Numbered from the whole stretch's first letter, positions 1 through 12,949 are shown. The stretch is DNA of 62,954 nt, filler included, from Octopus bimaculoides (GCF_001194135.2; 3 parts of 2 records of this genome joined end to end with filler, not necessarily neighbours in it), one strand, 5' to 3'. Made by a program: numbers and translations. The notes: generated by a model from the letters alone, not told the origin.

Positions 1-71
1 TATATATATATATATATATATATATTATTATTATTATTAGTATTATTATTATCCAGCAAACAACTACCTAA

Positions 72-106
72 ATCCTTTTATTTCCAACATAAATGGATTT
101 CATCAG
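72..106 (-). ncRNA. Truncated hammerhead ribozyme remnant (core plus stem II only)
   Basis: Minus strand reads CTGATGA-A-ATCC-a-TTTAT-gttggaa-ATAAA-a-GGAT, a 9-bp stem II with one A/A mismatch. The expected GAAA does not follow. Confidence 0.4.
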
Positions 107-894
107 GGAGGAAAAGAGAGACAAATAAAGATATGAATAGTCCAAAAATAACATTAAACACTAGGTTTAAATATATAAGAGCGTACATGACATAAGTACA
201 CAGGCATACACAAACACCCACTCATATGCATACATACACTTATTCACAAACACACTCTCACACACACATACACAAGCACACATTGACATATACATACTCA
301 GGTACATGCTCATATATACATATACACAAGCATAAACATATGCTCGTAGATATCTTCACATGTGCAGAAACACTTGCATACGTGCACCCAAGCATGCACA
401 AGCACAAAGATGTGACACTTTCAATACATTTTCTCAATAGCATTCATTGTTCTTGTGAGATCAATTCATTAAGAGATCAAGCAAAATGTCATTGAAAAGC
501 CATGTCAAATAACAACTTAAATGTTTTGCAGCCCTATATTTATTGTTACTATCATAAAGAGACCTCCATCCTCATTACCCTTAAAGAATTTGTGATGTTT
601 ACATCTTTGTTGCCAATGTACGTGTCAGATATAGGAAAATCCGAAAGAGATCTCATTTATTTTCATCACCATATCATTATTATTATTTCATATATATATA
701 TATATATAAATATATACATATGAGTATATGTATATATATATATATTATTGTCATTATCATCATTATTATTATTGTTACTATCATTATTATTATTATTATA
801 ACTAATTGTGGTGACATTTCATTATGTTCATTATATAAATATTTCTATTTGTATGTATATTATTTATTTTATTTTATTTTTTTTTTTTTGTCAG

Positions 895-956
895 TTTTGG
901 TTGGAAGGGTGGATTAGAATCCATGATTTGTCATACATCAAGTCTGATAAAATGAG
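895..956 (+). CDS. Candidate internal exon of an unidentified gene (FWLEGWIRIHDLSYIKSDKM...)
   Basis: Long T tract plus CAG acceptor at 892-894. One of three frames is open. Weak AG/GTTAAT donor at 957. No protein recognised. Confidence 0.3.
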
Positions 957-1081
957 GTTAATATTGTAATTAGAATAAGTGTAAGTACATGCTTGTAGCA
1001 ATGCATACATATGTTCAGATAAGAGAAATGCAGAAATAATACAATAATACAACTTGCATATGGGTAAAAGCGCATACACAC

Positions 1082-1118
<37 letters not shown>

Positions 1119-1389
1119 NNNNNNNNNNNNNNNNNNNNNATATATGTATATATAATATATTTAATCATGTATTTAATTATATATATATATACACACACAC
1201 ATATGGATATGATAAAACCTGCAAATGCATGTACATATTTTCAATTATACCATAAGATATAAAATATCATTAATCACCCCAGGAGACATTTTAATCAATA
1301 TAGTTAATACTTCAGCAATAACAACAACAAACAAATAAATTTATGAACAAACAGTTAAAATACTAGGTTTTCACTACACAAAGCATTAG

Positions 1390-1426
<37 letters not shown>

Positions 1427-1919
1427 TACGTATATGTATATATACATATATATAATTTTATAGTAACTTTTCATAAATAAAACAGCACAATCACATGTAT
1501 ACTAAGTAATAGAGAACGTAAAATATTAATATATTTATATAATATAATAAATTTATCTCACGAAAGCTTATATATGTTACTGAATGATTTCATGTTCTTT
1601 TACTTTATTTTCATCATCCATGATTTTTGTTGCATACCTTTTATAACATCTCTAAGAGCTATAAATTGGATGAGGTAGTTTCATACCTCCAGTAATAAGC
1701 AACTCACTCACCTATATCCAGTGACTGTTAATTGACCTTTCAAAACATGGAAGGCTTTTCAACACAAAACCATTTAGTAGCATGAACTGGTTGTTATGAG
1801 ACTAAATTTATTTTGTGCAAATGTCTGTAATGAGTATGTGCACTTGTCTGTCTGTCTGAATGTCTATATGTATGTGTGTGCATGCATCTGTGAGTATGTA
1901 TATGTGCATGTGAAAGCAT

Positions 1920-2110
1920 ATGGTTTACTGATTAGGGTATATTCGACTCAGGATCATAAAGCTGTGAGTTCAATTCTCTCTGAGAACTACGTTAAGGTTT
2001 GTGTGTCTGTGGAGTACTCAGCCATTTGCATGTTAAGTTCAATGGCAGGCTGTTCCATTGATCACATTGTCTGGTACCCTCATCATGGTAAGCAATGGAC
2101 TGCTAGTTAT
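1920..2110 (+). mobile_element. SINE family C fragment (CORE-like tRNA-derived SINE)
   Basis: Shares tctccctgagaactacgttaagg, gtctgtggagtactcagcca and caggctgttccattgat blocks with the copies at about 10145-10857 and 15790-15980. Confidence 0.6.
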
Positions 2111-2406
2111 GTGTGTATATGTACATATGGATATATGTGTGCATATGTATGTGTATATGCATGTATGTATATATAAGCATGTGTATGTGTGTTTCGAATA
2201 GCAGACCATTAAGTATGAAGGTATCTGAAACTTTGCATCACAGGATATCTCTAGTAATAAGGTCGTAGTCTACACAACATTTCCTGATTTATTTCTAGCT
2301 GCCTGAAGGACCTCTAGGAGATTCTCCTCTTTGGCTCATCATTACTTACTTTTCATCACCAGGTGGACCAATGAGGCAAACCAGGCCTCTATGTAGTCAC
2401 CTAATA

Positions 2407-2870
2407 TACTCTTTTACTCTTTTACTTGTTTCAGTCAATTGACTGTGGCCATGCTGGAGTACCGCCTTTAGTCGAGCAAATCGACCCCAGGACTTATTCT
2501 TTGGAAGCCTAGTACTTATTCTACCGGTCTCTTTTGACACAATGTTAAATTACGGAGATGTAAACACACCACCATTGGTTGTCAAGCGATGTTGGGGGGG
2601 GGGACAAACACAGACACACAAACACACACACATATATATATACATATATATGACGGGCTTCTTTCAGTTTCCGNNNNNNNNNNAACACACACACATATAT
2701 ATATACATATATATGACGGGCTTCTTTCAGTTTCCGTTTACCAAATCCACTCACAAGGCTTTGGTAGGCCCGAGGCTATAGTAGAAGACACTTGCCCAAA
2801 GTGCCACACAGTAAGACTGAACCCTGAACCATGTGGTTCGTAAGCAAGCTACTTACCACACAGCCACTCC
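2407..2870 (-). mobile_element. SINE family A (tRNA head, CORE-like body, internal microsatellite)
   Basis: Reverse complement of the 11612-12018 copy. Small assembly gap inside. Confidence 0.85.
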
Positions 2871-2904
2871 TTGTTTCTTTGTAAAAAGTAACTGAAGAAC
2901 AAAA

Positions 2905-3450
2905 ATAAATATTCTAGCTTTTGCTACCTAGAAGGTGTAATTAGTTAGAGGTATTTCACTTAAAGTGAAGGGTAGATTATACAATGCTTTTGTGAGAACT
3001 GCAATGTTGTATGGTAGTGAGATATGAACCTTGAATGTAGAGGACTTGTGAAGACTGGAAAGAAATTAAGCAAGCATATTTTGTTGGATGTGCAATATAA
3101 GTGTGTATGAACAACATAATGTAAATAGTGAACAACATAGTGAACGTGGTGCTCACTATTCGAATATCAGGAATAGTGAACAACATAGTGTAAATGTGCT
3201 GAGAGAAAAACTGAACAGAATAGATAATAACTGTAGTGTGCAAAGAAACAAGTTTATGCTGGTATAGATAAGCAATGCATATGAATAATGACAGCTGTAT
3301 AAATATGTACTGATTGTTCAAAGTGAATGGAGCTTGTAAAAGAAGGAGATCTAGAAAGGCATGAAGGCTGATTTCAGGACTGTGAACCTTGCAAAGGAGC
3401 AGGATGACTGGTGATATGTAGTTCTAGAGAAGACCTGTCCACCACAACAA
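2905..3450 (+). pseudogene. Degenerate RTE-clade LINE, 3' end of ORF
   Basis: Translates with stops to ...SLKVKGRLYNAFVRTAMLYGSEI*TLNVEDL*RLERN*ASIFCWMCNISV..., typical of the RTE RT C-terminus. Confidence 0.8.
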
Positions 3451-5436
3451 AACTGCGTGCCATCAGCCATCACCTCCCTAACTGCTGTCCTTCCTTGATA
3501 TCACTTACATTTCCTGCTACCTAGAACTATTTCACTTGTCATCCACCATTCATCCATTAACACTCTTCTCTCAATTCATACTGTCATTGATCTTCCCCAT
3601 CTAATGAGCCACCAAATTATCTCCCATCCCTTATTATCATACATCTCTCACCCTCCCTATGTACTACCTTTTCCTCTCCCTTTTCCACCTTCATTTTTTT
3701 GAACCTACTCAATATCATTTTTCTCTAGTCCTTCTCCTGTCTACTGTTTCATCATTACTATTCTGCTTTTCTGCACTGCCATTCATCTCTAACCCCTCTC
3801 TGGCACACCTGGTTTTTCTGTTCCACTTATTTCTACTCACCTTGCACCTTGTAGGTCCATCCTGACACTTCGTCACTAATTTTTATTGCTTCCTAATTTC
3901 ACTCAATCACTCGTACCATCTTTTCTAAAATGAGAGTTGTCATGTGCCTCTACTGCAGCAATAAACCTGTTCCGTTTTGATACCTTACCTCATACTTTTA
4001 ACCCACTTTTATCCCTCATTTCTTAGCTTAAAGTTGCCCTCGTGGGATTAGTAGTCTTACAAACTGCATGGTGACTTCACTTGTACAAATGCTACGGAAT
4101 AACACCCAGTACATGCTGTAAAGTATTTGGTGTAAGAAAGGGCATCGAACTGAGGAAACCATACCAAAGCAGTCCTTGAATTGTTTGGTTAAGATGTTTG
4201 CTATCCAAAAAAACCTGGATTCAGGTTTTAATAAAAAAAATATCCCAATGTACAGCATATTAGACTGGACAAGTATTTTATATTATAGCTCTGGAAGAAA
4301 CCTCTCACACATGCATGTATATGTGTATGTTGTACAGCCTTTAAGCATGGGCACACTGAGCTTGTTACCTGGGGATTCCACAGGTCTGAAGACCCATTTC
4401 TAATATATGTATGCTGTCTGTCAATAAATAAACATTTCTAGAGCCCAGTGCAGTGATTTGACTGTGGGCCTATAACTCTGCTAAGTCTAAGACAGCTCTG
4501 TGTTCATGTGTATGTATTTGTGTGTGTATATGTGTCTGTACCTGTGTATGTGCATATATGCATATATGTCCATGTATATGTATATGCATGTGCGTGTGTG
4601 TGTTCATACATCTATGTTTCTGTCTCCTTGTCTTGATATTACTTGATAGTTAGTTGTGTTTGTCACCATTATACAAGCAGTATCCTTCATTTCCAGCCTT
4701 CCACGCAAACTTGTCTGGCCAAACATAATCTTATTTGGAAACTGAGGAGGGCTATAGGCCATCAAGAACGGCCTATAGCCATAAAAAGTATGCATCAACA
4801 GATTTCATCTGACCCATGCAAACATGGAAAAGCAGACATTAAGATCCCTCAAATGATAGACTATTATCTTAAAAAAATGAAAGATAAGAAGTATAGTTTA
4901 TCATCTAATTCTAGATAACCTATGGATGAAATGAAAGCAATGTGGATCAAGTTTTGGAATGTTTCTGATCAAATGTTTGTTCATACAAATCTGATCCATG
5001 ACTAAACACCAGTATCACATACTCCTTGTACAAAAGAAGTAATCATTCACAGGGGAGATAATCTTATCATTACTTCTACTTTCCATAGAACAAGCTCATT
5101 ATTAAGTAGCAGAACTTATCCTTGACCCCCTGTGTATGAATTTATCTGTTACATGTGTATCATTAGACTGCAGCTTTGCTGGAGCAAGCCCTAGGAGGGT
5201 TTTGATCGAAGAACTTGAGGTCAGTACTTACTCGTAGTTATAGTAACACACTATAGCTACAAAAATGTATTTTAATAGAAATAATCCAAACAGAGATTAG
5301 AAAAAGTGGTACCTTTTCACAAGACACCTGATGAGACACATCCAAACCCAGGATGCACCACAACTGTTTGTATAGCATCTCACCTACAAAGCACCAGTGC
5401 ATGATGCATCAAATTGATTGTAGTGAATAATATAGG

Positions 5437-6228
5437 TACAGGCATGGTTATGTGATTAGAAGCTTGCTTCCCAACCACATGGTTCTGAGTTCAGTCCCTT
5501 GGCAAGTGTCTTTTACTATAGCCTCGGGCTGACCAAAGCCTTGTGAATGGATTTGACAGACGGAAAATGAAAGTAGCTTGTCGTGTGTATATTTATGTGA
5601 ATGTGTGTGTGTCTGTATTTGACCCCTACCATCACTTAACAACTGATTTTGGTGTGTTTACATCCCTGTGACTTAGCAGTTTAGCAAAAGAAACTGATAG
5701 AATGAGTACCAGGCTTACGTAGAATAAATCCTGGGGCCAAATTGACCTTGGAACTTTGTTTTTAAGCCTAGATATTCTATCAGTCTCTTTTGCTGAACTA
5801 CTAAGTCACAGGTATGTAAACCCATCAAAACTGGTTGTCAAGCAGTGATGGTGGGGGGACAAACAAAGACACACACACACACACATGAATATATATTTAT
5901 ATACAACAGGCTTCTTTCAATTTTTGTCTACCAAATCCACTAACAAGGCTTTGGTCAGCCAGAGGATATAGCAGAAAACACTTGCTCAAGCACCACACAC
6001 TAGGACTGGACCTGGATGCATGTGGTTGGGAAGCCAAACAGCCACACTTGCACATATATATATATATATGTTGGGCTTCTTTCAGTTTCCATCTACCAAA
6101 TTCACTCACAAGGCTTTTTTGTCAGCTTAGGGTTATAGCAAAAGACACATGTCAAAGGCGAAACACCACAAGACTGAACCGAAAACTGTGTGGTTGAGAA
6201 CCAAACTTCTTACCACACAGCCATGCCA
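5437..6228. mobile_element. Cluster of partial SINE family A copies (plus copy ~5437-5745, minus copies ~5755-6228)
   Basis: Family A blocks (ccttggcaagtgtctt, gaccaaagccttgtga, cttctttcagtttcc) occur in both orientations. Confidence 0.75.
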
Positions 6229-6894
6229 ATAGTAATCCTAATTTCATTTTTTTTTTTTCTTTTTGCTACTGCCTTCTCTATTTTTCTCATTTTTATGCTT
6301 GCTTTTTGCTTTTTCTGTAATTCCTTGACATGCAGATAAATAATTATAAACTTAAAAATAAATTTAACCATGTCTCTGTAATATGATAGATGGCATGCTT
6401 ATCTAGTTTGCAGGACAAGTGTGAGTTGTTGTTGGTGATGTTGCTGGTGTTGTTGATAAATTTGTTTTTATTGTTGATGCTGTTGTTGTTGATGCTGTTG
6501 TTATTGTTGTTGTTTTTGTTGAAATGGCATATTTTGTCGTAGATATTTTTGTTGTTGTTGTTGATATTGTTAAAGCTATTGAGGTTATTGTTGTTATTTG
6601 TGTTATTCTAGTTCTTGTTATTGTTGTCATTGGTTTGCTTTTGCTAATGCGTTATCACAGACGTTGCTGTTAGTTGTGTTGTTGATGTTCGTGTTGATGT
6701 TTTGTTGTTTCTGTTGTTGCTGCCGATATTGTTATTGTGGGTGCTGTTGTTGTCATTGTCAGCCCAAAGTTAACCCTGATCAACTAAATGTGATCATACT
6801 GTCTTATTCTTTTGAGATATACTATATCTAGTACTACAGTGTGTTTGGGCTAAATTTGACGGTTTGTATAAAAGGAGAAGGGAATACAATATAG

Positions 6895-7375
6895 TAAAAT
6901 TTATTTGCCAACGTAATGTGGCAGTCCTATACAACGATGATGTTACTGTTATTTAACCCCAGGGGAAACATCTTTTCCAGTTGGCTAATGACACACAGTT
7001 TGTGCCCATATAGTATATGCAGGGGAGGTCATTGCTTCCATCTCTAGCCGTACGTGATACTCATAGACTTAGGTTTCTTATTTCTTTATTGCCCACAAAG
7101 GGCTAAACATAGAGGGGACAAACAAGGACAGACAAAGGGATTAAGTCGATTACATTGACCCCAGTGCGTAACTGGTACTTAATTTATCGACCCCCAAAAG
7201 GATGAAAGGCAAAGTTGACCTTGGCGGGATTTGAACTCAGAACATAACGGCAGACGAAATACCGCTAAGCATTTTGCCCGGTGTGCTAACGTTTCTGCCA
7301 GCTCGCCACCTAGGTTTCTGACTAGTTACCCATCCTCAGTGTGAGACAATCACTGGCTAATGATAAAGCACAATA
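6895..7375 (-). mobile_element. Hammerhead-containing structured repeat (retrozyme-like family), interrupted by a SINE
   Basis: After removing SINE 7079-7310 and one TSD, the minus strand reads GTGAT-TGT-CTCACA-CTGAGGA-tgggtaactagtca-GAAAC-CTAA-GTC-TATGAG-T-ATCAC. The 3' part is homologous to 61035-61200. Confidence 0.75.
7079..7310 (-). mobile_element. SINE family B, near full length, 9-bp TSD
   Basis: Same family as 9611-9846 and 37935-38169. Direct repeat TAGGTTTCT at 7070-7078 and 7311-7319. Confidence 0.9.
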
Positions 7376-7449
7376 TTTAAATCCAAAACTAAAAATATAT
7401 CAAAAAATCAAAAATCATCAACTAGAATATGACTGGGAGATAGCATTTT

Positions 7450-8164
7450 ACTCAAGGTAGTTATCCTCAGCTTCTACCACAACCTCAAGATGGCTCTGGA
7501 AGTTGGTGCATGCATTCCTCACTGTGTCCCCTGGAAGATCTTTGAACACCTACTTGATCTTGGTCACCAGCCTTGGTGCTGCAGGCTGAGTGGATAGTGT
7601 CTCACACATAGTAATCCATGAGATTATAACTTTGGAGAATTCAGAAGACAGAAATTAGGGATGGTTGTAGAAATTCTTCAACAACCACATTTCATTCTTT
7701 CCAGAGGTGTGGCAAGGAGCTGAGTCCTACTTCCACATACATGGCCTTCCAGCAACAACTCTCTCCAAATAGGGTTTGATTGCAGTCTCCAGAAACTTCA
7801 CATAACTCTCTGAATTGAGCCTAAAGCCCCTGTCCTGCAGTTGTGGGATGAATTCTGGCATGTGGACACAGTCAGAATACCTGCAGGGATCATTTTTACT
7901 GCTCATGGTTTTGTAGTCTCCATTGCAGCTGGTCATGTCACGTCTTAGAGCTTTCATAATATTCACGCAACATTGAGCAGCAGTCATTTTGATATTTGGC
8001 ATGAATCACTATGATACAGATAACTGTTTTCCAATATTAAGATGGCTTGTAGTCTTTCATGTCAGCTAGCTTTCTCTCAATTACAACTTTAATCCTTATT
8101 TTCTCCAATGTCACTGATGATTCACCAATACATCAAGTTGTTCCTGAAAAATGGTGACATGTAT
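7450..8164 (-). mobile_element. Tc1/mariner (maT/DD37D-like) transposase remnant with internal deletion
   Basis: ORF 7727-8002 has MPEFI..GFRLNSESYVKFLETAIKPYLERVVAGRP. C-terminal ACTNFQSHLEVVVEAE near 7460-7510. TIR-like end with TA near 8164. Confidence 0.8.
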
Positions 8165-9610
8165 ATCGACAAATTTAGCATGAACACGCAGTATATTAGG
8201 CAACATGACCTCCTTCTTTAAGAAAGGTGTAGTGACTTAAAGCAGATTTCACTGCTATTTCCAGCAGATACAACACTTACTGGATTAAGTTATGATTTAC
8301 ACCAAGATCAGCTTTGATCCAGCAGTTTAAAGATGAAAGATGCTTCAGCTATGAATATCTTGTCTTTTGTTCAGACATGGGGTAGTTAGAAAGATAATAA
8401 ATAGGTAGAATCATAAGCTCATTGGTTAGAATGCTTTACAATATTTGTCTTGATTAAGGTAGCAAGCTGGCAGAATCATTAACATGCGAGATGAACTGCT
8501 TAATAGCATCTCATTTGTCTTTACATTCTGAGCTCCAATTTTGCTGAGGTCAATTTTGCTTTTTATCCTTTCAGGATCCATGAAATAAATACTAGTTGAC
8601 TATTGGGGGTCATTGTAATCAACTTATGTTCTCCTTTGAAATTGCTGGCCTTGTGCCAATATTTAAAATCAATATTTGTCCTGACTTTTCACAGACTGAG
8701 TTCGAATACCACAAAGGCCTATTTTGCTTCTCATCCTTTCAGGGTTGATAATCATATATGAATACCACCTGGTGAATATGTAACAAAACAAAACTAAACA
8801 TGTACCATATGTGCATGTAAATTATAAAGAATAGACTAAGACAAAATTTAAAAGACGTTGACAAAATTTGTGCCTATTTCCATACATACCATAAAAGCAG
8901 TCACTACTTCATTTGTGCGTACATATATATGCATGTGGACATATTTAATTGCAATTGAATCTATCTATGACTGTCTTTGGTTAATTTCACTATCTGCCCA
9001 TATGTAAAAACAGGCATGTATAAATTCATATGTGAGCAGAGAAATATTTGTTTAACCCTATTTTTAGCATTTACACTGGTCATATTTGGCCCAAATATTC
9101 TGTTTTATGTTAAAACCAGCCAGATCCAATCTCTTACACCTACCCTACAATGTCATTCTCAAAATAAATAATCACATCATTGAAATCTTAAAGCTAAGAA
9201 ATAATCTTTTCTACTGAAAACACAAGGCCTTGAGATTTTGTGGGGAGGGGACTAGCTGATTACATCGACCCTGGTGTTTCTCTTATCCTTAATTTATCGA
9301 CCCTGAAAGGATGAAAGGCTAAGTCGACCTCGGCAGAATTGAACTCAGAACATAGTGGTAGATGTTTTTTTCCTCTGTGATGATCACAATCTAAAGCTAT
9401 GACATAATGCATGATAAATTCAAAACAATGTGTATAAATAAGCATTATGCTTGACAAAACATTCTGAATAATTCAGGATTATAGCAAGACAGTACTGTGG
9501 TAAATGGTAACCAGCATCAGACTAGTACCTGGCACTAAATTACTCTGGCTTCATATTATGTGTAAATACAATAAAAACAAGAAGGTGGAATGGATCATAG
9601 CAAGAATATA

Positions 9611-9846
9611 AGGTGGCGAGCTGGCAGAAATGTTAGCACGCCGGGCGAAATGCTTTGCGGTATTTCATCTGCCGTTACATTCTGAGTTCAAATTCCACGG
9701 AGGTCTACTTTATCTTTCATCCTTTCGGGTTCGATTAAATAAGTACCAGTTACACACTGGGGTCGATGTAATCGACTTAATTCCTTTGTTTGTTTGTCTT
9801 TGTTTGTCCCCTCTATATTTAGCCCCTTGCAGGCAATAAAGAAATA
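9611..9846 (+). mobile_element. SINE family B
   Basis: aggtggcgagctggcagaa head, ctgagttcaaattcc B-box-like motif, tcatcctttcgggttcgattaaataagtaccag central domain, aataaagaaata tail. Confidence 0.9.
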
Positions 9847-10144
9847 GGAGTGTAAGATATTGAAAAGTTGCGAATAAAAGAAAGAGGTGGTAGCTAAAAA
9901 AAAGTGTTAATAAAAGAAAAGCAATAGTTTGACAAACAGACATTTTTAACTACTTCCCCTTTGTATATGACCCTTCAGCATTTAAACTAGTTATATCTGT
10001 CCCAAATATGCTTCCTGTTTTATCTTCTAACCAGCAAGATCCAGCTTATCACACCTACCCTTCAATGCCATTCTAAAAATATACAATCACATCATCTAAA
10101 TTTCAAAGCTATTAGATAAAGCATGATAATTTAATCACAATATG

Positions 10145-10857
10145 AATGACCGCAAGGTCGTGAGTTCAGTTCCTGGCGATGCATTGTGTCGTTGAGCAAG
10201 ATTTTTTATTTCACATTGCTTCAGTCCGTTCAGATGAGAAAAATGAGTAGTGCCTATATTTCAAAGGGCCAGCCTTGTTAGATTGTGTGTCATGCTGAAT
10301 CTCCCTGAGAATTACATTAAGGGCACATGTGTCTGTAGAGCGCTCAGCCACATGCACTCTTTTACTCTTTTAGTTGTTTCAGTCAGTTGACTGCGGCCAT
10401 GCTGGAGCACCACCTTTAGTTGAGCAAATCGACCTCAGGACTTCTTCTTTGTAAGCCTAGTACTTATTCTATCGATCTCTTTTGCCGAACCGCTAAGTTA
10501 CGGGAACATAAACACACCACCATCGATTCTCAAGCGATGTTGTGGGGACAAACACAGACACATATATATATATATACATATATATACGATGGGCTTCTTT
10601 CAGTTTCCGTCTACCAAATCCACTCAAAAGGCTTTGGTCGGCCNNNNNNNNNNATCCACTCAAAAGGCTTTGGTCGGCCCGAGGTTATAGTAGAAGACAC
10701 TTGCCCAAAGTGCCACACAGTGGGACTGAACCTGGAACTGTGCGGTTGGTAAGCAAGCTACTTACCACACAGCCACTCCTGCACGTTAATTTTATGAACA
10801 GGCTGTTCCATTGATTGGATCAACTGGAACCCTCATTGTTGTAACTGACAGAGTGCC
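10145..10857 (+). mobile_element. SINE family C split by a nested family A copy (10358-10782, minus strand)
   Basis: Family C sequence stops at ...cagccacatgcac and resumes at gttaattttatgaacaggctgttcc after the family A insert. Confidence 0.8.
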
Positions 10858-10894
10858 ACTAAAGAAAGAAAAAGCATTACATTTGACAGAATAA

Positions 10895-11060
10895 CTTGAA
10901 TGCTAAAGGGTTGGAGGGTAGTAGGGGGTTCACCCCACCCCGTTAGCAAGATATTGTATATAAAGGGTGCAGAGCTTTGCACGAATAACCAGCTGGCAGA
11001 GAATCAGCCTAGGGTTAAACTAATAATAACATTCGACTTTGTTGTGGCAAGTCGCTTTGC
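10895..11060 (+). repeat. Ribozyme-less relative of the retrozyme-like family
   Basis: Shares the outer helix (TGCTAA/TTAGCA), a hairpin before CCAGCTGG and a cctagggttaaactaataataacat tail with 60946-61150. No CUGANGA/GAAA core. Confidence 0.5.
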
Positions 11061-11160
11061 TGTTTAGTATATGTTACTACTCTATTTCTTCTTAAGATTT
11101 TGTAACTAATTATATACATACATACATATATACACAAATATATACACACACTCACACACA

Positions 11161-11191
<31 letters not shown>

Positions 11192-11611
11192 GGTTGGGCA
11201 TTAAAACTTAAACTAGTGACAAAGCATCTATTGTCTATTATATTATTATTTTCCTATCTTGGCATTTTTATTATTTCCTCACATTAATGTAAATAACATA
11301 AACCTGTACTAACACACAACCTACAATGTGAACATGTTGCTTGAATTACACCAAAACATTAGAATGCTGGTTATGTATGGAACCAAGTAAACACATTAAG
11401 AATGAGGTAAATACAACTGTTTTGCGTTTATTCTTTAAAAATCTACCAAATGAAAATTGAATTAAACTGCAATGGCTTGGTAATATGGATAAAAATTCAA
11501 TCTAAAATTGAAGATATGGGCGCTGTTTATTCCTCGTTCATTTTCTTACGAGAGATTGAGTGATATTATGTGAACCAATAAGGATATTATTAAAGGGATA
11601 TTTATATGAAT

Positions 11612-12018
11612 AGGCGCAGAAGTGGCTGTGTGGTAAGTAGTTTGCTTACCAACCACATGGTTCCGGGTTCATTCCCACTGCATGGCACGTTGGGCAAGTG
11701 TCTTCTACTATAGCCTCAGTCCGACCAAAGCCTTGTGAGTGGATTTGGCAGACGGAAACTGAAAGAAGCCTGTCGTATATATGTATATATATATGTATAT
11801 TTGTGTATATGTTTGTGTGTCTGTGTTTGTCCCCCCAACACCGCTTGTCAACTGATGGTGGTGTGTTTACGTCCCCGTAACTTAGCGTTTTGGCAAAAGA
11901 GAGCAATAGAATAAGTACTAGGCTTACAAAGAATAAGTCCTGGGGTTGATTTGCTCGACTAAAGGCAGTGCTCCAGCATGGCCACAGTCGACTGAAACAA
12001 GTAAAAGAGTAAAAGAGT
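11612..12018 (+). mobile_element. SINE family A reference copy (resembles octopus OR-type CORE-SINEs)
   Basis: A-box-like TGGCTGTGTGG, B-box-like GGTTCATTCCC, CORE-like ttgggcaagtgtcttct, internal (TA/TG)n and (gtaaaaga)n tail. Family name is from recollection, not a search. Confidence 0.9.
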
Positions 12019-12149
12019 TGAATATTCATATTTCTATTTCTATAGTGTGTATATTCTTATAGGTTTGGTACAAGACATATTGGATAATGTGTGGTCCTGA
12101 TTGAAACAAGTAAAAGGATAAAAGAATATGTATATCATCATTATTATCA

Positions 12150-12700
12150 TCATCATCACCATCATCATTTAGTGTCCATTGTCCATGCTGGCATGGGTTG
12201 GATAGTTTGACTGGGCTGGTATGATGGAAAGCTGCACCACACTCCAGACTGATTTGGCATGGTTTTCTACAGCTGGATGCCCTTCCTAATGCCAACCACT
12301 CCAAGAATGTAATGGGTGCTTTTACATGCCACCAGCAAGGGTGCCATTTGCTTGACACTGGGGTGCATTTATGTGCCACCAGCATGGGTGCCAATTTGCA
12401 CGACACAGGTATTTGCCATGATTGCGATTTTGCTCTGCCTGATGGGTCTTCTTCTCAAACATGGCATAATACCAAAGGTCTTGGTCATTGCCTCTGTGAG
12501 GCCCAACACTTGAAAGGAACTCTGCCACCTTGCCTCCTTGAGGCCCTACACTCAAAAGGAACTCAGCCACTTTGCCTCTGTAAGGCCCAATGCTCGAAGT
12601 GAACTTGGCCACTTTGCCTCCATGAGGCCCAGTGCCCAAGAGGAATTCAGCCACTTTGCCTCTGCGAGGCCCAAATCTCAAAAGGAGTCAACACTATTGG
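12150..12700 (-). mobile_element. SINE family D with RTE-like 3' tail and internal 42-bp tandem array
   Basis: Minus strand has ggttggcattaggaagggcatccagctgtagaaa and a (gat)n tail. The same tail motif recurs near 18530, 20990, 27615 and, inverted, 26940. Confidence 0.75.
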
Positions 12701-12731
12701 ATTAAGGTTTTCCTGGATTTTTAGACAACAA

Positions 12732-12766
<35 letters not shown>

Positions 12767-12906
12767 GTAGTCACAAATATTATACGTGAAATTTTAACAT
12801 TTGAATATCAAGGAAAGTATTTTCAGCTTCTTATGTAATATATCTATACACATGTATGCGTGTGCATGTATACATACACATTCATACATATACAAACACA
12901 TAAGCA

Positions 12907-12949
<43 letters not shown>

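Noticed and set aside
2600-2730. Short exact duplications on both sides of small gaps (also 10613-10683, 38966-39180, 55065-55197 versus 56290-56425)
   Set aside because: Typical unmerged contig overlaps, so treated as assembly artefacts.
4742-4785. CTGAGGA followed by a perfect 11-bp hairpin (GGCTATAGGCC/GGCCTATAGCC)
   Set aside because: Followed by ATAAAAAG rather than GAAA, lacks stems I and III, and lies in a family D SINE tail where this stretch has another origin.
5327-5360. CTGATGA followed by a CATCC/GGATG hairpin (similar case at 18167-18190)
   Set aside because: No GAAA after the hairpin.
12490-12670. CRISPR array
   Set aside because: Eukaryotic context, spacers are related to each other, no cas genes, and the array is embedded in a SINE.
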